Shown: positions 39,389 to 49,809, counted from the stretch's first letter. The stretch is DNA of 64,000 bases from Candidatus Sumerlaeaceae bacterium (GCA_019695055.1 JAIBAT010000150.1:35543-99542); one strand, 5' to 3'. Program-made: numbers and translations. Notes: generated by a model from the letters alone, not told the origin.

Positions 39389-40792
39389 ATGCCCCACGAG
39401 GAATGTGGCATTGTGGGGGTTTACAACCACCCGGAGGCGGCCAAACTGGCATATTTGGGCCTCTATGCCCTCCAGCATCGGGGCCAGGAAAGTGCGGGCA
39501 TTGTCAGCAGCGACGGGGAGCGCCTTTACTCCCACAAGGCTGCCGGGTTGGTGGCGGACGTTTTTAACGAGAAGAATCTGGCCACCCTCCAGGGGGATTG
39601 CGCCATCGGGCATGTGCGATACTCGACCACGGGGTCGAGTATTTCGGCCAACGCCCAACCCATTCTGGCGAATTATAAGGGCGGCACCCTGTCGCTGGCC
39701 CACAATGGGAACATCACCAATGCCGATGAATTGAGGGCGGAGCTGGAAGAGCGGGGAGCCATCTTTCAGACCACGACGGATACCGAGATTCTGGTGCACA
39801 TGATTGCCCAGGCCGGGGCGCGAAATTTCGATGAGGCTTTGTTCCTTTCGCTCATGCGCCTGAAGGGGGCCTATTCGCTGGTGGTGCTGCGGCCGGATGG
39901 CCTGCTGGCGCTGAAGGACCCGCGGGGATTCCGACCGCTTTGCCTGGGCAAGCTGGGGGATGGCTACGTGGTCGCCAGCGAGTCCTGCGCCTTTGATATC
40001 ATGAATGCGCAATACCTGCGCGAATTGACGCCGGGAGAGGTTATTGCATTCCGGGGTGGGGCGGCACGTTCCTCCAAGCCGTTCCCCGCGGCAGACCAAT
40101 CCTTCTGCATTTTCGAATACATCTATTTCTCGCGACCCGATTCGATGGCTCTCACGCGATCAGTGGCCGAACTGCGAACGCGCCTTGGGGCCCAGCTTGC
40201 CGAGGAACAGCCTGCAGATGCGGATATCGTCATCGCCGTGCCCGACAGCTCGACTTCCGCGGCCATTGGCTATTCCCAGCAGAGCGGAATTCCCTACGCC
40301 ATCGGGTTGGTTCGCTCCCACTATGTGGGGCGCACCTTCATCGAACCGGATCAGAATATTCGGGATTTTGGCGCGCGGGTAAAATACAACCCGGTGCGCA
40401 GCGTGTTGCAGGATAAGCGAGTGGTGGTGGTGGACGATTCGATTGTCCGCGGAACGACAAGTCGAAAGATCGTGAACCTCCTTCGAAGCGCCGGTGCCCG
40501 GGAGATCCACTTCCGCGTGAGCGCACCGCCATGGAAGAATCCCTGCTACTTTGGCATCGATACGCCCGAGCCCTCCAAGTTGATCGGGGCAACGGCCCGG
40601 GATAACGACGAGATTCGCAAGTTTGTGGGCGCCGATACTCTGGGATTTATTAGCGTGGAGGGGCTGCAGAAGGTCATGCCGAAAACGCAAGGGTACTGCA
40701 TGGCCTGCTTTACCGGGGAGTACCCGGACGGCCAGCGGCCCTCGGGAGAATTTACAAAAGACATTCTGGAAAGCGGGAAACGACATGGCTGA
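39389..40792 (+). CDS. purF: Amidophosphoribosyltransferase
   Basis: The CGIVGV N-terminal nucleophile is present right after the start (MPHEECGIVGVYNH). A PRPP-binding motif VVVVDDSIVRGTT is present. Confidence 0.9.
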   Translation: MPHEECGIVGVYNHPEAAKLAYLGLYALQHRGQESAGIVSSDGERLYSHKAAGLVADVFNEKNLATLQGDCAIGHVRYSTTGSSISANAQPILANYKGGTLSLAHNGNITNADELRAELEERGAIFQTTTDTEILVHMIAQAGARNFDEALFLSLMRLKGAYSLVVLRPDGLLALKDPRGFRPLCLGKLGDGYVVASESCAFDIMNAQYLRELTPGEVIAFRGGAARSSKPFPAADQSFCIFEYIYFSRPDSMALTRSVAELRTRLGAQLAEEQPADADIVIAVPDSSTSAAIGYSQQSGIPYAIGLVRSHYVGRTFIEPDQNIRDFGARVKYNPVRSVLQDKRVVVVDDSIVRGTTSRKIVNLLRSAGAREIHFRVSAPPWKNPCYFGIDTPEPSKLIGATARDNDEIRKFVGADTLGFISVEGLQKVMPKTQGYCMACFTGEYPDGQRPSGEFTKDILESGKRHG

Positions 40793-41837
40793 GAAACCGT
40801 TGATGGTGGGCGGGCAGGCCGTCCTTGAAGGTGTGATGATGCGGTCCCCCGGGGGCTATGCCGTGTCTGTGCGCCGTGCCAATGGGGCGATTTCCACGGT
40901 GGACGTGGCCTATGTGCCCCTGTCGCGCCGGTTTCCTATTCTAAAACTACCAGTCCTTCGCGGCGCAGTCTCCCTGATTGAGATGATGGTTATTGGCATG
41001 AAATCGCTGGATTTCTCCGCCAACGAGGCGGCCGCGGACGAGGCCGCCGCAAAGAATCCCGCCCCGGCGACGGAAGCCGGTGCGGAACGAAAACGTGAAA
41101 TCCCCAAAAGCGCGATGATTGGCACGGTAGCCTTCAGCCTGCTGATTGGCCTTACGCTCTTCGTCGTCGTTCCTAATCTTTCAGCCCACTTCCTTGCCAA
41201 GGTTGGTTCGGGCGGGCAGACGATGTATGAGGAGCATGCGCCCGTCACCTACAACCTGATTTCCGGATTTATCCGGATGCTCATCATTGTGGGGTATATC
41301 TGGGCCATCTCATTCCTTCCAGACGTGAAGCGCCTTTTCCAATACCACGGGGCGGAACACAAGGCTGTGAGCGCCTTCGAGGCGGGGCGCGACCTCACGG
41401 TGGAGAACGTGCAGCCCTTCACGCGTCTGCACCCGCGCTGCGGCACGACATTCATCGCCATCACGCTGATTGTGAGCATCGTCGTGTTTGCCTTCTTCGC
41501 AAAATTCCTGCTCCTTGTTTGGCCTGCATTCGGGGATTTGGGTTTCTGGCCGCGCAAGGTGCTGCTGATTCTCGGCCATATCGTCATCATGCCGCTGGTG
41601 GCAGGCGTCTGTTTTGAATTGCTCCGGCTCGGGGCCGCCAAACGCGGCAACATCTTCCTGCGGCTCCTCATCGCCCCCGGTTTCTGGTTCCAAAGGCTCA
41701 CGACCCGGGAGCCCGACGATTCCATGGTCGAGGTGGCCATCGCGGCGCTTAAGGCAGCGCTTGCGATTGAGACCGTTTCCGTGGCCGAAAACCAAAGTTC
41801 AATCCTGCCCGCCGGGAATCAGGGTGCCGAAGGCTGA
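40785..41837 (+). CDS. DUF1385 (YqhQ-like) membrane protein
   Basis: It starts MAEKPLMVGGQAVLEGVMMRS, the characteristic DUF1385 opening. Multiple TM helices are present. It overlaps the purF 3' end by 8 bp. The longer ORF-table N-terminus (from 40623) lies inside purF and is rejected. Confidence 0.55.
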   Translation: MAEKPLMVGGQAVLEGVMMRSPGGYAVSVRRANGAISTVDVAYVPLSRRFPILKLPVLRGAVSLIEMMVIGMKSLDFSANEAAADEAAAKNPAPATEAGAERKREIPKSAMIGTVAFSLLIGLTLFVVVPNLSAHFLAKVGSGGQTMYEEHAPVTYNLISGFIRMLIIVGYIWAISFLPDVKRLFQYHGAEHKAVSAFEAGRDLTVENVQPFTRLHPRCGTTFIAITLIVSIVVFAFFAKFLLLVWPAFGDLGFWPRKVLLILGHIVIMPLVAGVCFELLRLGAAKRGNIFLRLLIAPGFWFQRLTTREPDDSMVEVAIAALKAALAIETVSVAENQSSILPAGNQGAEG

Positions 41838-41936
41838 AATAGCAGCGCTTCCTATTTCAGTTGGGGAGTGATTTAATCCAACCTTATCCTTGCAGTTGCC
41901 GGTTTACCCATACACACCTTGTCCCAATAGAACAGT

Positions 41937-44195
41937 GTGATTGAGCCAAAGGGTCCCCCCGAACCGATGCCAACACTCATTGTCAGCTCGTCGGAAGCCG
42001 AGGCGAAAAAGGTAAGGCGCTGGCTTGCCGGCACCCCCTACTCGCAATGCAAGGCCGTGTGCCGATTTGTGGACTTTGCCGATTTGGTTTTGTCCGAGCG
42101 GGTTGATGCCGTGGTTTACTGCACGGGCCACCCCGTGGGTTCACTGCACGACATGAAGGCGTTCCTCGCGCGTTGTCAGCCGGAAGCGGTCTTCGCGGAT
42201 TTTCGCGAGCGGGGCGCGGAAGACCAGCAGGCCCCGCGGTTGCTGCGCAAGCTGAAGAGCGCCCGACCTTGTGGCCGAATGGATCAAGACACCGGTGTTT
42301 CCGGCGGCCTGCCGGCGGACCGGATTGAACGTCTGCTTACGCTGGAACAGAAGGCCCCAGTTCCCATTGTCGTACTGGACCAAAATGGCGAAATCCTTTA
42401 TGCCAATCCGGAAACAATTCGCCTGATCCGCATCCTGGGGATTACCATGTCTGGTCTGTCGAAAGCACTCCCCACGCACGTTTCCGATTACATTCGCGAC
42501 TGCCTGCACACCGCCACCACTGATTATGTAGGAAACGCGGAAAGTGAAATCGGGGGGCGAACAGTCCTTTGGAGTTTCCAGGCTGTCCGGCCGCAAAGCG
42601 TGGTGTTCGCCTTCGGCCACGACGTCACAAACGTGCTGCGTACCCGGGCCGACCTTGCCGCCTCCGAGGCGCGCTACCAGACCCTGATCGACTCCCTTGG
42701 CGATGTTGTGGTGCAGCTGGCACCGGGCGCGACGGTTCACTTTGTTTCCAGCCGGTGGGCGCGACTTCTGGGGCATCCCGTCAAAACCACTGTTGGCACG
42801 AATTTCTTGAATTGGGTGGACCCCCAGGATGCGCCCCGGGTGGAGGGTGCCATCAATAATCTTTTTGCGGAGGGAACCAAGAATACCAAAGTCCGCTTTC
42901 GCGCAACGACCCTCGGAGGAAGTACGCGCCTGCTAAATGCCAACATGGGGTTGATGAAAACTCCGGGAAAGAAGAAGCCCTTCGTGACGATGATTCTCAG
43001 CGACATCACGGAGCGCCAAATCCTGGAGGACCACGTCAATCAGTCCCAGCGGCTGGAGGCGATCGGCCAACTGGCCGGCGGCGTGGCCCACGATTTCAAC
43101 AACCTGCTTACAGGCATCCGCGGATATGTGGACCTATCCCTTAGCGGCGTGGATCCCAATTCCGAAACAGCGAACGACCTGCGCCAGGCTCAGGATTTTT
43201 GTGAGCGCGCCGCCACGCTGACCCGCCAACTCCTGATTTTCAGCCGACGGCAAAAAATCCGGCCGGTGGCAATCTCGGTCAATGCCATCGTCCAAAGCGC
43301 GGTCGCCACCATGCGCGCCTTGCTGGGCCATACCATTGAAATTGTCACAAAGCTTGATCCCGGCCTGGAGACTCTGTTCGCGGACCCTGCCCAGGTGGAG
43401 CAGATGCTCGTCAACCTTGGCTTCAATGCGAAAAATGCAATGCCCGGTGGTGGGCGCCTGACCATTACCACTGCAAACGCACGAATTGATAAACCCGACG
43501 GGGCGCTGCCCGTGGCCCTCAACCCCGGCATCTACGTCCTGATTGAAGTCAGCGACACGGGCGTGGGCATGACCGAGGAAATACGGCAGCACATTTTTGA
43601 ACCGTTTGTCTCCTCCGCCGGACACCGCGGCACCGGGCTCGGCCTGGCCGTGGCTTACAGCATCGCCCAGCAGCACAAGGGGCAGATTGCGGTGGAAAGC
43701 ACCCTTGGGGAAGGATCCACGTTTAAGATTTACCTGCCCGTGATCGAGGGGGAGGAGATGGCCACAGGCAAGGATTCGCGGGAAACGGCCATCCGCCTGC
43801 GGAAGAAGACGGTCCTCATCGTTGACAACAACTCCGAGGACTTGCGATTGCTTGCCGTTGTGGTCGGGACAACATCCGTCAACGTCCTGACGGCCGAGTC
43901 GGCGACAGAGGCCCGACAACTGGTGGAAAAAGGGAACATTCGCCTGGACCTTCTGGTGGCCAATCTTGCCCTTTCCGATGAGCCCGCCCCGGTGCTGTTT
44001 ACATGGCTTCGCCAGCGCAACCCCAACCTCAAGGCGCTCTACCTTTCCGACCCGAAGGACACCGCAATCACAAGCTACGCCGAAGTCTTCGAGCAGAACC
44101 TCATCATGCAAAAGCCCGTGGACGACCAGGCCCTGCTGGAGCGCGTGCGGGCTTTGATTGGGAAAGAAACCCAGTTGCACAACATGAAGCTTTGA
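41937..44195 (+). CDS. Hybrid sensor histidine kinase (PAS domains, HisKA, HATPase, C-terminal receiver)
   Basis: An H-box is present (HDFNNLLTGIRGY). G1/G2 motifs are present: DTGVGMTEE and GTGLGLAV. The C-terminal REC has LIVDNNSEDL...D. Confidence 0.8.
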   Translation: MIEPKGPPEPMPTLIVSSSEAEAKKVRRWLAGTPYSQCKAVCRFVDFADLVLSERVDAVVYCTGHPVGSLHDMKAFLARCQPEAVFADFRERGAEDQQAPRLLRKLKSARPCGRMDQDTGVSGGLPADRIERLLTLEQKAPVPIVVLDQNGEILYANPETIRLIRILGITMSGLSKALPTHVSDYIRDCLHTATTDYVGNAESEIGGRTVLWSFQAVRPQSVVFAFGHDVTNVLRTRADLAASEARYQTLIDSLGDVVVQLAPGATVHFVSSRWARLLGHPVKTTVGTNFLNWVDPQDAPRVEGAINNLFAEGTKNTKVRFRATTLGGSTRLLNANMGLMKTPGKKKPFVTMILSDITERQILEDHVNQSQRLEAIGQLAGGVAHDFNNLLTGIRGYVDLSLSGVDPNSETANDLRQAQDFCERAATLTRQLLIFSRRQKIRPVAISVNAIVQSAVATMRALLGHTIEIVTKLDPGLETLFADPAQVEQMLVNLGFNAKNAMPGGGRLTITTANARIDKPDGALPVALNPGIYVLIEVSDTGVGMTEEIRQHIFEPFVSSAGHRGTGLGLAVAYSIAQQHKGQIAVESTLGEGSTFKIYLPVIEGEEMATGKDSRETAIRLRKKTVLIVDNNSEDLRLLAVVVGTTSVNVLTAESATEARQLVEKGNIRLDLLVANLALSDEPAPVLFTWLRQRNPNLKALYLSDPKDTAITSYAEVFEQNLIMQKPVDDQALLERVRALIGKETQLHNMKL

Positions 44196-44212
44196 TGCAA
44201 TAAGCAGCACTC

Positions 44213-45358
44213 ATGGGATTTGAAACTGTAAACTCGAGCCCGGCAGACATCCTCGTTGTGGACGATGAAGCCTACGTTCGCGAGGTGATGGCACGCTACC
44301 TCAAGGCCTCGGGCCATACCGTGCGCCAGGCCGACGGGGTGGATTCTGCACGCCGGGAAATCGAGCGCCAAGCCCCAGCCCTGGTGTATTTGGACATCAA
44401 TATGCCGGGACCGAGCGGTTTGGATCTTCTGAAGGAGCTCGGCCCGCGCTGGCCGGACGTTGCGGTGGTGATGGTCACGGCCATTGGCGATGTGGCCACC
44501 GCCGTGGATGCCCTTCGCGCGGGCGCGGCGGATTTCATCAACAAGCCCGCAACTTTTGAGAACGTCAAACTTGTCACGGCGCGAACACTCGAGCGCCGCC
44601 ATCTCGTGCTGGAGAATCAGCGTTACCATCTCAAGCTGGAGTCACTGGTGGTGGAACGCACGGAGGAACTCCGCGCACGCAACCGTGAGCTTTTGCGAAC
44701 GCAGGACGCGCTGGTGCGCGGATTGTGCCGGTTGACGGAATCGCGGGACCGAGACACCGGGGCCCATCTGGATCGCATGTCGCGCTACGCCCAGATTCTG
44801 GCGCGCCGCATCGCCGCCGAACATCCGGAGCTACCAAAGGATTTTGATAAGCTGATCCATATGGCCGCCCCATTGCACGATATTGGCAAGGTCGGCGTAC
44901 CCGACTCCATCCTGTCAAAACCCGGCCCACTCACCCCCGAGGAATTCGAGATCATGAAGCGCCATACGATTTTCGGCGCCGAGACCCTGGCTCATATCAA
45001 GAAACAGCTCATGGGTAAGTACGCGCAGTTTCTCGATTTTGGCGAAGAGATCTGCCGCAGCCATCACGAACGCTGGGACGGTCACGGATATCCGGATGGG
45101 ATCGCGGGGGACAAGATCCCGCTCCCGGCAAGAATCTGCATGGTGGCTGACTATCTGGATGCCTGCCTCTCCTCCCGCGTTTACAGGAAAGTGTCCCTCC
45201 ACTTTGACCAGGTCCGCTCCGACATCGTCGGCGGCGCCGGAACAATGTTTGACCCGGAAGTTGTGGCGGCTTTCATCGCGGAGGAAAGTAACCTGCGCAG
45301 CGTGGTCAATGCAGATACCACCGACAGCACGATCGAAGAAACGGCCGGAATACGTTAG
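44213..45358 (+). CDS. Response regulator with HD-GYP phosphodiesterase domain
   Basis: An N-terminal REC is present (ILVVDDEAYVREV...LDINMPG). HD-GYP motifs are present: HDIGKVGVP and HHERWDGHGYPDGI. Confidence 0.8.
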   Translation: MGFETVNSSPADILVVDDEAYVREVMARYLKASGHTVRQADGVDSARREIERQAPALVYLDINMPGPSGLDLLKELGPRWPDVAVVMVTAIGDVATAVDALRAGAADFINKPATFENVKLVTARTLERRHLVLENQRYHLKLESLVVERTEELRARNRELLRTQDALVRGLCRLTESRDRDTGAHLDRMSRYAQILARRIAAEHPELPKDFDKLIHMAAPLHDIGKVGVPDSILSKPGPLTPEEFEIMKRHTIFGAETLAHIKKQLMGKYAQFLDFGEEICRSHHERWDGHGYPDGIAGDKIPLPARICMVADYLDACLSSRVYRKVSLHFDQVRSDIVGGAGTMFDPEVVAAFIAEESNLRSVVNADTTDSTIEETAGIR

Positions 45359-45376
45359 ACGACTCCGGCGCCGAAG

Positions 45377-45676
45377 CTAGCTGTTGTCTGCAGGCCCGGT
45401 TGAAGTATTGACCTGTTCGCGGAATTCCTTGCCCGGCTTGAAAACCACAATCGCCTTCGGCGGAATCTTGATCTTCTCGCCAGTGCGCGGGTTGCGGCCA
45501 TTGCGGGCATTCTTGCTCTTGATGAAGAAGGTGCCAAACCCCACCAACGAAACCCGCTCACCTTGTTTTAGTGCGTCTTTCACGGAATCCAGAAACAACT
45601 CCACGGCGTCAATGGCCTGGCGCTGGGAAATACCAGTGCGTTCCCGCAAAGCTGTGGCGACTTCGAGTTTTGTCAT
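45377..45676 (-). CDS. HU/IHF family nucleoid-associated DNA-binding protein
   Basis: 99 aa. MTKLEVATALRERTGISQRQAIDAVELF...GFGTF...RNPRTGEKIKIPPK is the HU arm. Confidence 0.85.
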   Translation of the reverse strand: MTKLEVATALRERTGISQRQAIDAVELFLDSVKDALKQGERVSLVGFGTFFIKSKNARNGRNPRTGEKIKIPPKAIVVFKPGKEFREQVNTSTGPADNS

Positions 45677-45764
45677 CGTTGGCGCAACCCTTTTAAGTTA
45701 AGTGTTGTAAAGCCAACGCCCCGCAGAGGTTTTGTCAAGGGGAAGGATTCCGGTTCCCCAACGC

Positions 45765-45800
45765 AAAAAAAAAGGCCGCCGGGAAGATTTCCCGGCAGCC
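45765..45800 (-). terminator. Rho-independent terminator downstream of the L25 gene
   Basis: On the minus strand: the L25 stop (45833-45835), then the hairpin GCCGGGAA-atc-TTCCCGGC (8-bp stem), then a run of nine U (A9 at 45765-45773 on the plus strand). Confidence 0.7.
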
Positions 45801-45832
45801 TAAATGACTTTCCGACTCGTGGAGTGGAGACG

Positions 45833-46510
45833 TTACTTCTTCTCGGCTCCAGCGGCAGGGGCTTCCTCGCCTTCGGCCTTCTTCTTGCCGATGACTTCCG
45901 GCTGGGCCACTTCTGCGGCACCTTCCGCAGGGGTTGGCTCGGCTTCCTTCTTGTGCGGCAGAATCGTGAAGATGGTCAGTTCCGGGTCGCTCACAACCTT
46001 GACGCCCTCAATGGCTGGCAGGTCACTGACGTGGAACGGGTGGTTGATTTTAAGACCAGTAATATCAATGTTGTAGGCTGAAGGGAGGTTGTTTGGCAGG
46101 CAGCGAACCTGGACCGAGTAGAGATGGGTCTCGAGAATACCACCCTCGCGTACACCGACGGGTGTTCCGGTGTGGTGGACGGCGATTTCAAACTCGTTCT
46201 CCTGATCCATGCGGATGCTGTAAAGGTCAACGTGGAGAATCCGCCGGGTCAGGGGGTCACGCTGCACTTCACGCAAAACCGCAACAGTCTCACCTGCAGC
46301 TGCGCCCTCTTCATTGATGTTCAAAAGGGCGTTTGCCCCACCCTTGTTGAGGATGGCGGTCTGGAAATAATGGGCTTCGATGGAGAGTTTCTTGGGCTCA
46401 CCGGCGGCACCATAAAGTACGGCGGGAACCTGGCCCTCGGCGCGAAGACGGCGGTTTGGGCCCTTGCCCTGCTCGCCACGCTTTTTCACGGGCAAATCAA
46501 TGCGTTGCAT
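45833..46510 (-). CDS. rplY: 50S ribosomal protein L25 / general stress protein Ctc
   Basis: MQRIDLPVKKRGEQGKGPNRRLRAEGQVPAVLYG matches the L25 N-terminus. The long Ctc-type form has a Lys/Glu/Ala-rich C-terminal tail. Confidence 0.8.
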   Translation of the reverse strand: MQRIDLPVKKRGEQGKGPNRRLRAEGQVPAVLYGAAGEPKKLSIEAHYFQTAILNKGGANALLNINEEGAAAGETVAVLREVQRDPLTRRILHVDLYSIRMDQENEFEIAVHHTGTPVGVREGGILETHLYSVQVRCLPNNLPSAYNIDITGLKINHPFHVSDLPAIEGVKVVSDPELTIFTILPHKKEAEPTPAEGAAEVAQPEVIGKKKAEGEEAPAAGAEKK

Positions 46511-46621
46511 GGGTGCAACTCCTTTATCCAATGTTGCCTGGAGTTCCTGCGGCCGGCGCCGACTTGGGCGCTGCCCGCCATGGTTTCAGGCACGGATTGG
46601 GTCAACAACCGGCCCCAAGGC

Positions 46622-47113
46622 TTATTCGGTGTGCGGTGCCAGCGGAATGAAGCGGATGTGGAAGGATACATCCACGGCAACTTCAATAATGGCAATGCTC
46701 GAAACGTCTCGAAAGCGGGGTTTGCAGGCCGCGCCGGGATTCAAAATGGTGGTTTCACCCAAGACCTCATTCTTGGCAACATGGGAATGGCCGTGAATGA
46801 TGATCCGCGGTTTCTCGGCGGCAAACATCTCCACCGCGCTGAGATTGTAGTCGCCGGGATCAAGCAGGTGGCCATGGGTCATGCCTATGGAAACACCGCC
46901 AATATTGCTGAAAAACTTAAGCGGCCGACGCGCAATGAGCGGGAAATCCACATTGCCCGACACCGCATGAACCGGCGCGATCTCCTCCAGGTCGTCGAGG
47001 ATGGAGTCCTTTCCCACGTCGCCGGCATGAAGGATGTAGTTCACCTCGGCAAAGTGATGGTAAACCTTGGGGTTCAGATAGCCGTGGGTATCCGAAATGA
47101 CGCCGATTAACAT
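46622..47113 (-). CDS. YfcE/MJ0936-family metallophosphoesterase
   Basis: 163 aa. Motifs MLIGVISDTHG...HAGDVG...GNVD...GHSH are present. Confidence 0.7.
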   Translation of the reverse strand: MLIGVISDTHGYLNPKVYHHFAEVNYILHAGDVGKDSILDDLEEIAPVHAVSGNVDFPLIARRPLKFFSNIGGVSIGMTHGHLLDPGDYNLSAVEMFAAEKPRIIIHGHSHVAKNEVLGETTILNPGAACKPRFRDVSSIAIIEVAVDVSFHIRFIPLAPHTE

Positions 47114-47134
47114 GAGGCGAAACGGCGTCCAGCC

Positions 47135-47665
47135 TTAGAGAGTCCGCGGGGCCGGATTTTCGTCCGCAGGCAAAGACGGCGGCAGACCATTTGGAGTGAT
47201 GTTGTTTTGCCGCAGCATATTGGCAAGCGGCACCATGGACGCCCGCACCCGCACCTCGAAGGTGCCGGGCTTGACTTCCTTCTCCTCGACGACCTGCGCC
47301 CCCTGCAGAAACTTCTCGGTGCCACGCTTCACGGCGAGATTCTCGCGCATCAGTTCACCGAGACTCATCGTGGGGGTCACATTGAGTTTTGTGACTTCCT
47401 GCTTCAGGCTGGAGATCGCTGAGGTCTTTGCCGCCTGGGTGCCAACGATGGAGCGCTGGGGTTCGAGGGAGGCATTGGCGGGAACGGTGCCCGTACCGAC
47501 AGCCTCGTAGGACATATTTTCCCATGCAAACAGGCCGGATTTGGCCGCACCGGCGCCATTGGAGCCGGAACCAGAGCCGCTCATGGAGGCGCAGCCGGAG
47601 AGCATCAGCGCGGAAAAAGCAGACAGTAAGAGTGCGGTGCAAATCGCCGGAGTTTTGATACCCAT
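47135..47665 (-). CDS. Lipoprotein (LPP20/FlgP-like?)
   Basis: A lipobox is present (LLLSAFSALMLSGC) followed by a Ser/Gly-rich linker. Identity is uncertain. The start is chosen at MGIKTP within the longer ORF. Confidence 0.4.
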   Translation of the reverse strand: MGIKTPAICTALLLSAFSALMLSGCASMSGSGSGSNGAGAAKSGLFAWENMSYEAVGTGTVPANASLEPQRSIVGTQAAKTSAISSLKQEVTKLNVTPTMSLGELMRENLAVKRGTEKFLQGAQVVEEKEVKPGTFEVRVRASMVPLANMLRQNNITPNGLPPSLPADENPAPRTL

Positions 47666-47906
47666 GGGGTGCTTGAATTGTCCTTTGGCCTTGGCCCCGT
47701 CAGTTGCAGGGCTCGGCATCAATTTTACCAAGCGGTAAATACTGGGAACGCGGGGAAATCATCCAATTTTCAGGCAATTGGCGGGAGGCGCGCCCCAAAC
47801 AGGTAATCATCCAGAACCCATGCGTTAGCCCAGGCGCCTTTTCAGATGACAAGCCCGGATTTCACCACTTTCCTCGCCCGATATCCATGTCTGAGGGGAG
47901 CATCAA

Positions 47907-49367
47907 ATGAAATTGGGGAAATTACTGGCCCTGGTGGCCTTGTGCGCAGTTGGCTTTGGGACGCCCGGCAACGCCGAACCCTCCAAGACGGCCAAAAGTG
48001 AACAGGCTAACCAACCCGAGGTCCGCGCAGTCTGGGCGTCCACGCTTGCGCCCTGCATGAATAGTCCCGAAGAAATCCGCGAGCTGGTCGCGGCGACGCG
48101 GCGGGCAAACCTGAACACCATCATCGCCCAGGTCCGCCACCGCGGTATCACCTATTACAACTCCTCCATCGAGCCGCGCGCGGCCGCCATCCGCAACAAA
48201 CCGGATTTTGACCCGCTGGCAGAGCTGCTAAAGGAAGCCCACGACACCTCCGGCGGACAGCAGCGCCTCGACGTCTATGCCTGGTTCAACGTCTTTGCAC
48301 TCGGCAAGCTCGACAAGCTGGACATTGCCGCCACCGCGCCTCTCTACCGCAACCAGGCCGATTGGCGCAGCCGCGAGACCACCGGCAGCATCGCCGACTT
48401 CATGGACGCCGGCCTGCCCGAGGTTCAGGACTATCTGATTTCAGTCGTGGCCGAATGCGTGGGCAAGTACGACGTGGACGGCGTGAACTTCGACTACATC
48501 CGTTACCCCGAGAAGGAGGCCGGCTACCACCCGCGAGCCATCGAACGCTTCAATAAGTTGTCCGGCCGCATGGGCGGCCAACCTGAATCCAAGGATCCGG
48601 CTTGGGCCCAGTTCCGCCGCGATCAGGTCACCAACTTTGTCCGCCGTGCCGCTGTCACCGTATGGCAGACCCGGCCCAATGCGCTCGTCACCATGGACGC
48701 CATCGGCTTTGGCGGACCACCGCAAAAGGGTTTCTCGGATTCCAGCCCCTACAAGCAGGTCTTTCAGGACTGGAACGGATGGCTGCGCGGGGGCTGGATG
48801 GACGTCATCTGCCGCATGGGTTACAAGTCCGAGGCCCTGCCCAAAAGCGCCGCTGACTTTCGCGGCTGGGCGGATTTCTCGCGAAAGCTGCAGGACGCCT
48901 GTCCCGGCCAGTATGTAACCGTCGGCATCGGCGGCTACATGAACACCCTTGAGGGCACGCTGACGCAGTACCTGGAGGCGCAAAAGCGCAAACTGGGGAC
49001 CTCTCTCTTCAGCTACAACCGCCCCCTCAAGACCTCCGAGGAAACAAAACTCCTTGGCCCGAAGTCACCTTTCTGGGATGAACTCGCCGGCAAGGTCTAC
49101 ACCGCGCAGGCGCCGCCGGTGCGCCCCGAGTGGCGCAAGAAATTCGGAGTCGTAGCCGGATTTGCCCTCGACGAGTCAGGCCATCCACTCGATGGGGTTC
49201 GCATTTCCCTCAAAGGCAAGGGCCTCGAAACGAAAAGCGATGGTTCGGGATTCTTCGCTTTCGCGAAGTTACTGCCCGGCAAATACGAGATCGCGGCACC
49301 GGGGTCCTCGATCAACAAGAAATCTGTCGAGGTGAAGGCGGGGCAGGTTGTGGTTTTGAACAAATAA
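47907..49367 (+). CDS. Secreted GHL10 (glycoside-hydrolase-like family 10, YngK-like) protein with a C-terminal carboxypeptidase-regulatory-like beta-sandwich
   Basis: A signal peptide is present. RAVWASTLAPC...NLNTIIAQVRHRGITYYNS...FDPLAELLKEAH...DGVNFDYIRYPE is a paralog of the 19078 protein. The C-terminus has VRISLKGKG...GKYEI. Confidence 0.55.
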   Translation: MKLGKLLALVALCAVGFGTPGNAEPSKTAKSEQANQPEVRAVWASTLAPCMNSPEEIRELVAATRRANLNTIIAQVRHRGITYYNSSIEPRAAAIRNKPDFDPLAELLKEAHDTSGGQQRLDVYAWFNVFALGKLDKLDIAATAPLYRNQADWRSRETTGSIADFMDAGLPEVQDYLISVVAECVGKYDVDGVNFDYIRYPEKEAGYHPRAIERFNKLSGRMGGQPESKDPAWAQFRRDQVTNFVRRAAVTVWQTRPNALVTMDAIGFGGPPQKGFSDSSPYKQVFQDWNGWLRGGWMDVICRMGYKSEALPKSAADFRGWADFSRKLQDACPGQYVTVGIGGYMNTLEGTLTQYLEAQKRKLGTSLFSYNRPLKTSEETKLLGPKSPFWDELAGKVYTAQAPPVRPEWRKKFGVVAGFALDESGHPLDGVRISLKGKGLETKSDGSGFFAFAKLLPGKYEIAAPGSSINKKSVEVKAGQVVVLNK

Positions 49368-49377
49368 GCAGTCGGGC

Positions 49378-49809
49378 TTAGTTGGTTTGTTCCCCAATCG
49401 GCCATTTAGAAAATGCGCTCGCATGGGCAATCCAAAATGCAAATGTGCCTGCCACCCAGCTAGAAATCAATCCTGCGTATCCAGGTAATAGCAGGGCAAC
49501 TGGTACCATTGAGAGCGTAGCCCAGAGGGCAACCCAGCAGTAATAGCGCCAACCGGGAAACCGCCTCAACGTCAGCCAGCTGGGAGCCCCGCAAAATATG
49601 GCCGCAAAGAAGCCCAGTGCGACAGCTCCACTTGCGGCTCCCCAAAATGTGAATCCGTCACTTGTGGCAATTGACCGGAAATGGCCAAGAACCGTGATTA
49701 GCATGGTAATTACCCAGCCAACTCCGAATGCGATGCACAAATGCTTCAGCGCTGCACCCAGTCCCTTTCGGGACCCAACCGATTCCCGCACCGTACTGGT
49801 ATCATTCAT
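49378..49809 (-). CDS. Hypothetical small integral membrane protein (4 TM)
   Basis: 143 aa with four long hydrophobic helices. GC is lower than the window average. Confidence 0.35.
   Translation of the reverse strand: MNDTSTVRESVGSRKGLGAALKHLCIAFGVGWVITMLITVLGHFRSIATSDGFTFWGAASGAVALGFFAAIFCGAPSWLTLRRFPGWRYYCWVALWATLSMVPVALLLPGYAGLISSWVAGTFAFWIAHASAFSKWPIGEQTN

Noticed and set aside
40623-40784. An upstream extension of the DUF1385 ORF to an ATG at 40623.
   Set aside because: The extension lies inside purF in another frame. The conserved DUF1385 opening MAEKPLMVGGQAVLEGVMMR begins at 40785.
46124-47110. A 328-aa plus-strand ORF.
   Set aside because: It spans and is antisense to two well-supported minus-strand genes, L25 and the YfcE-like phosphoesterase.
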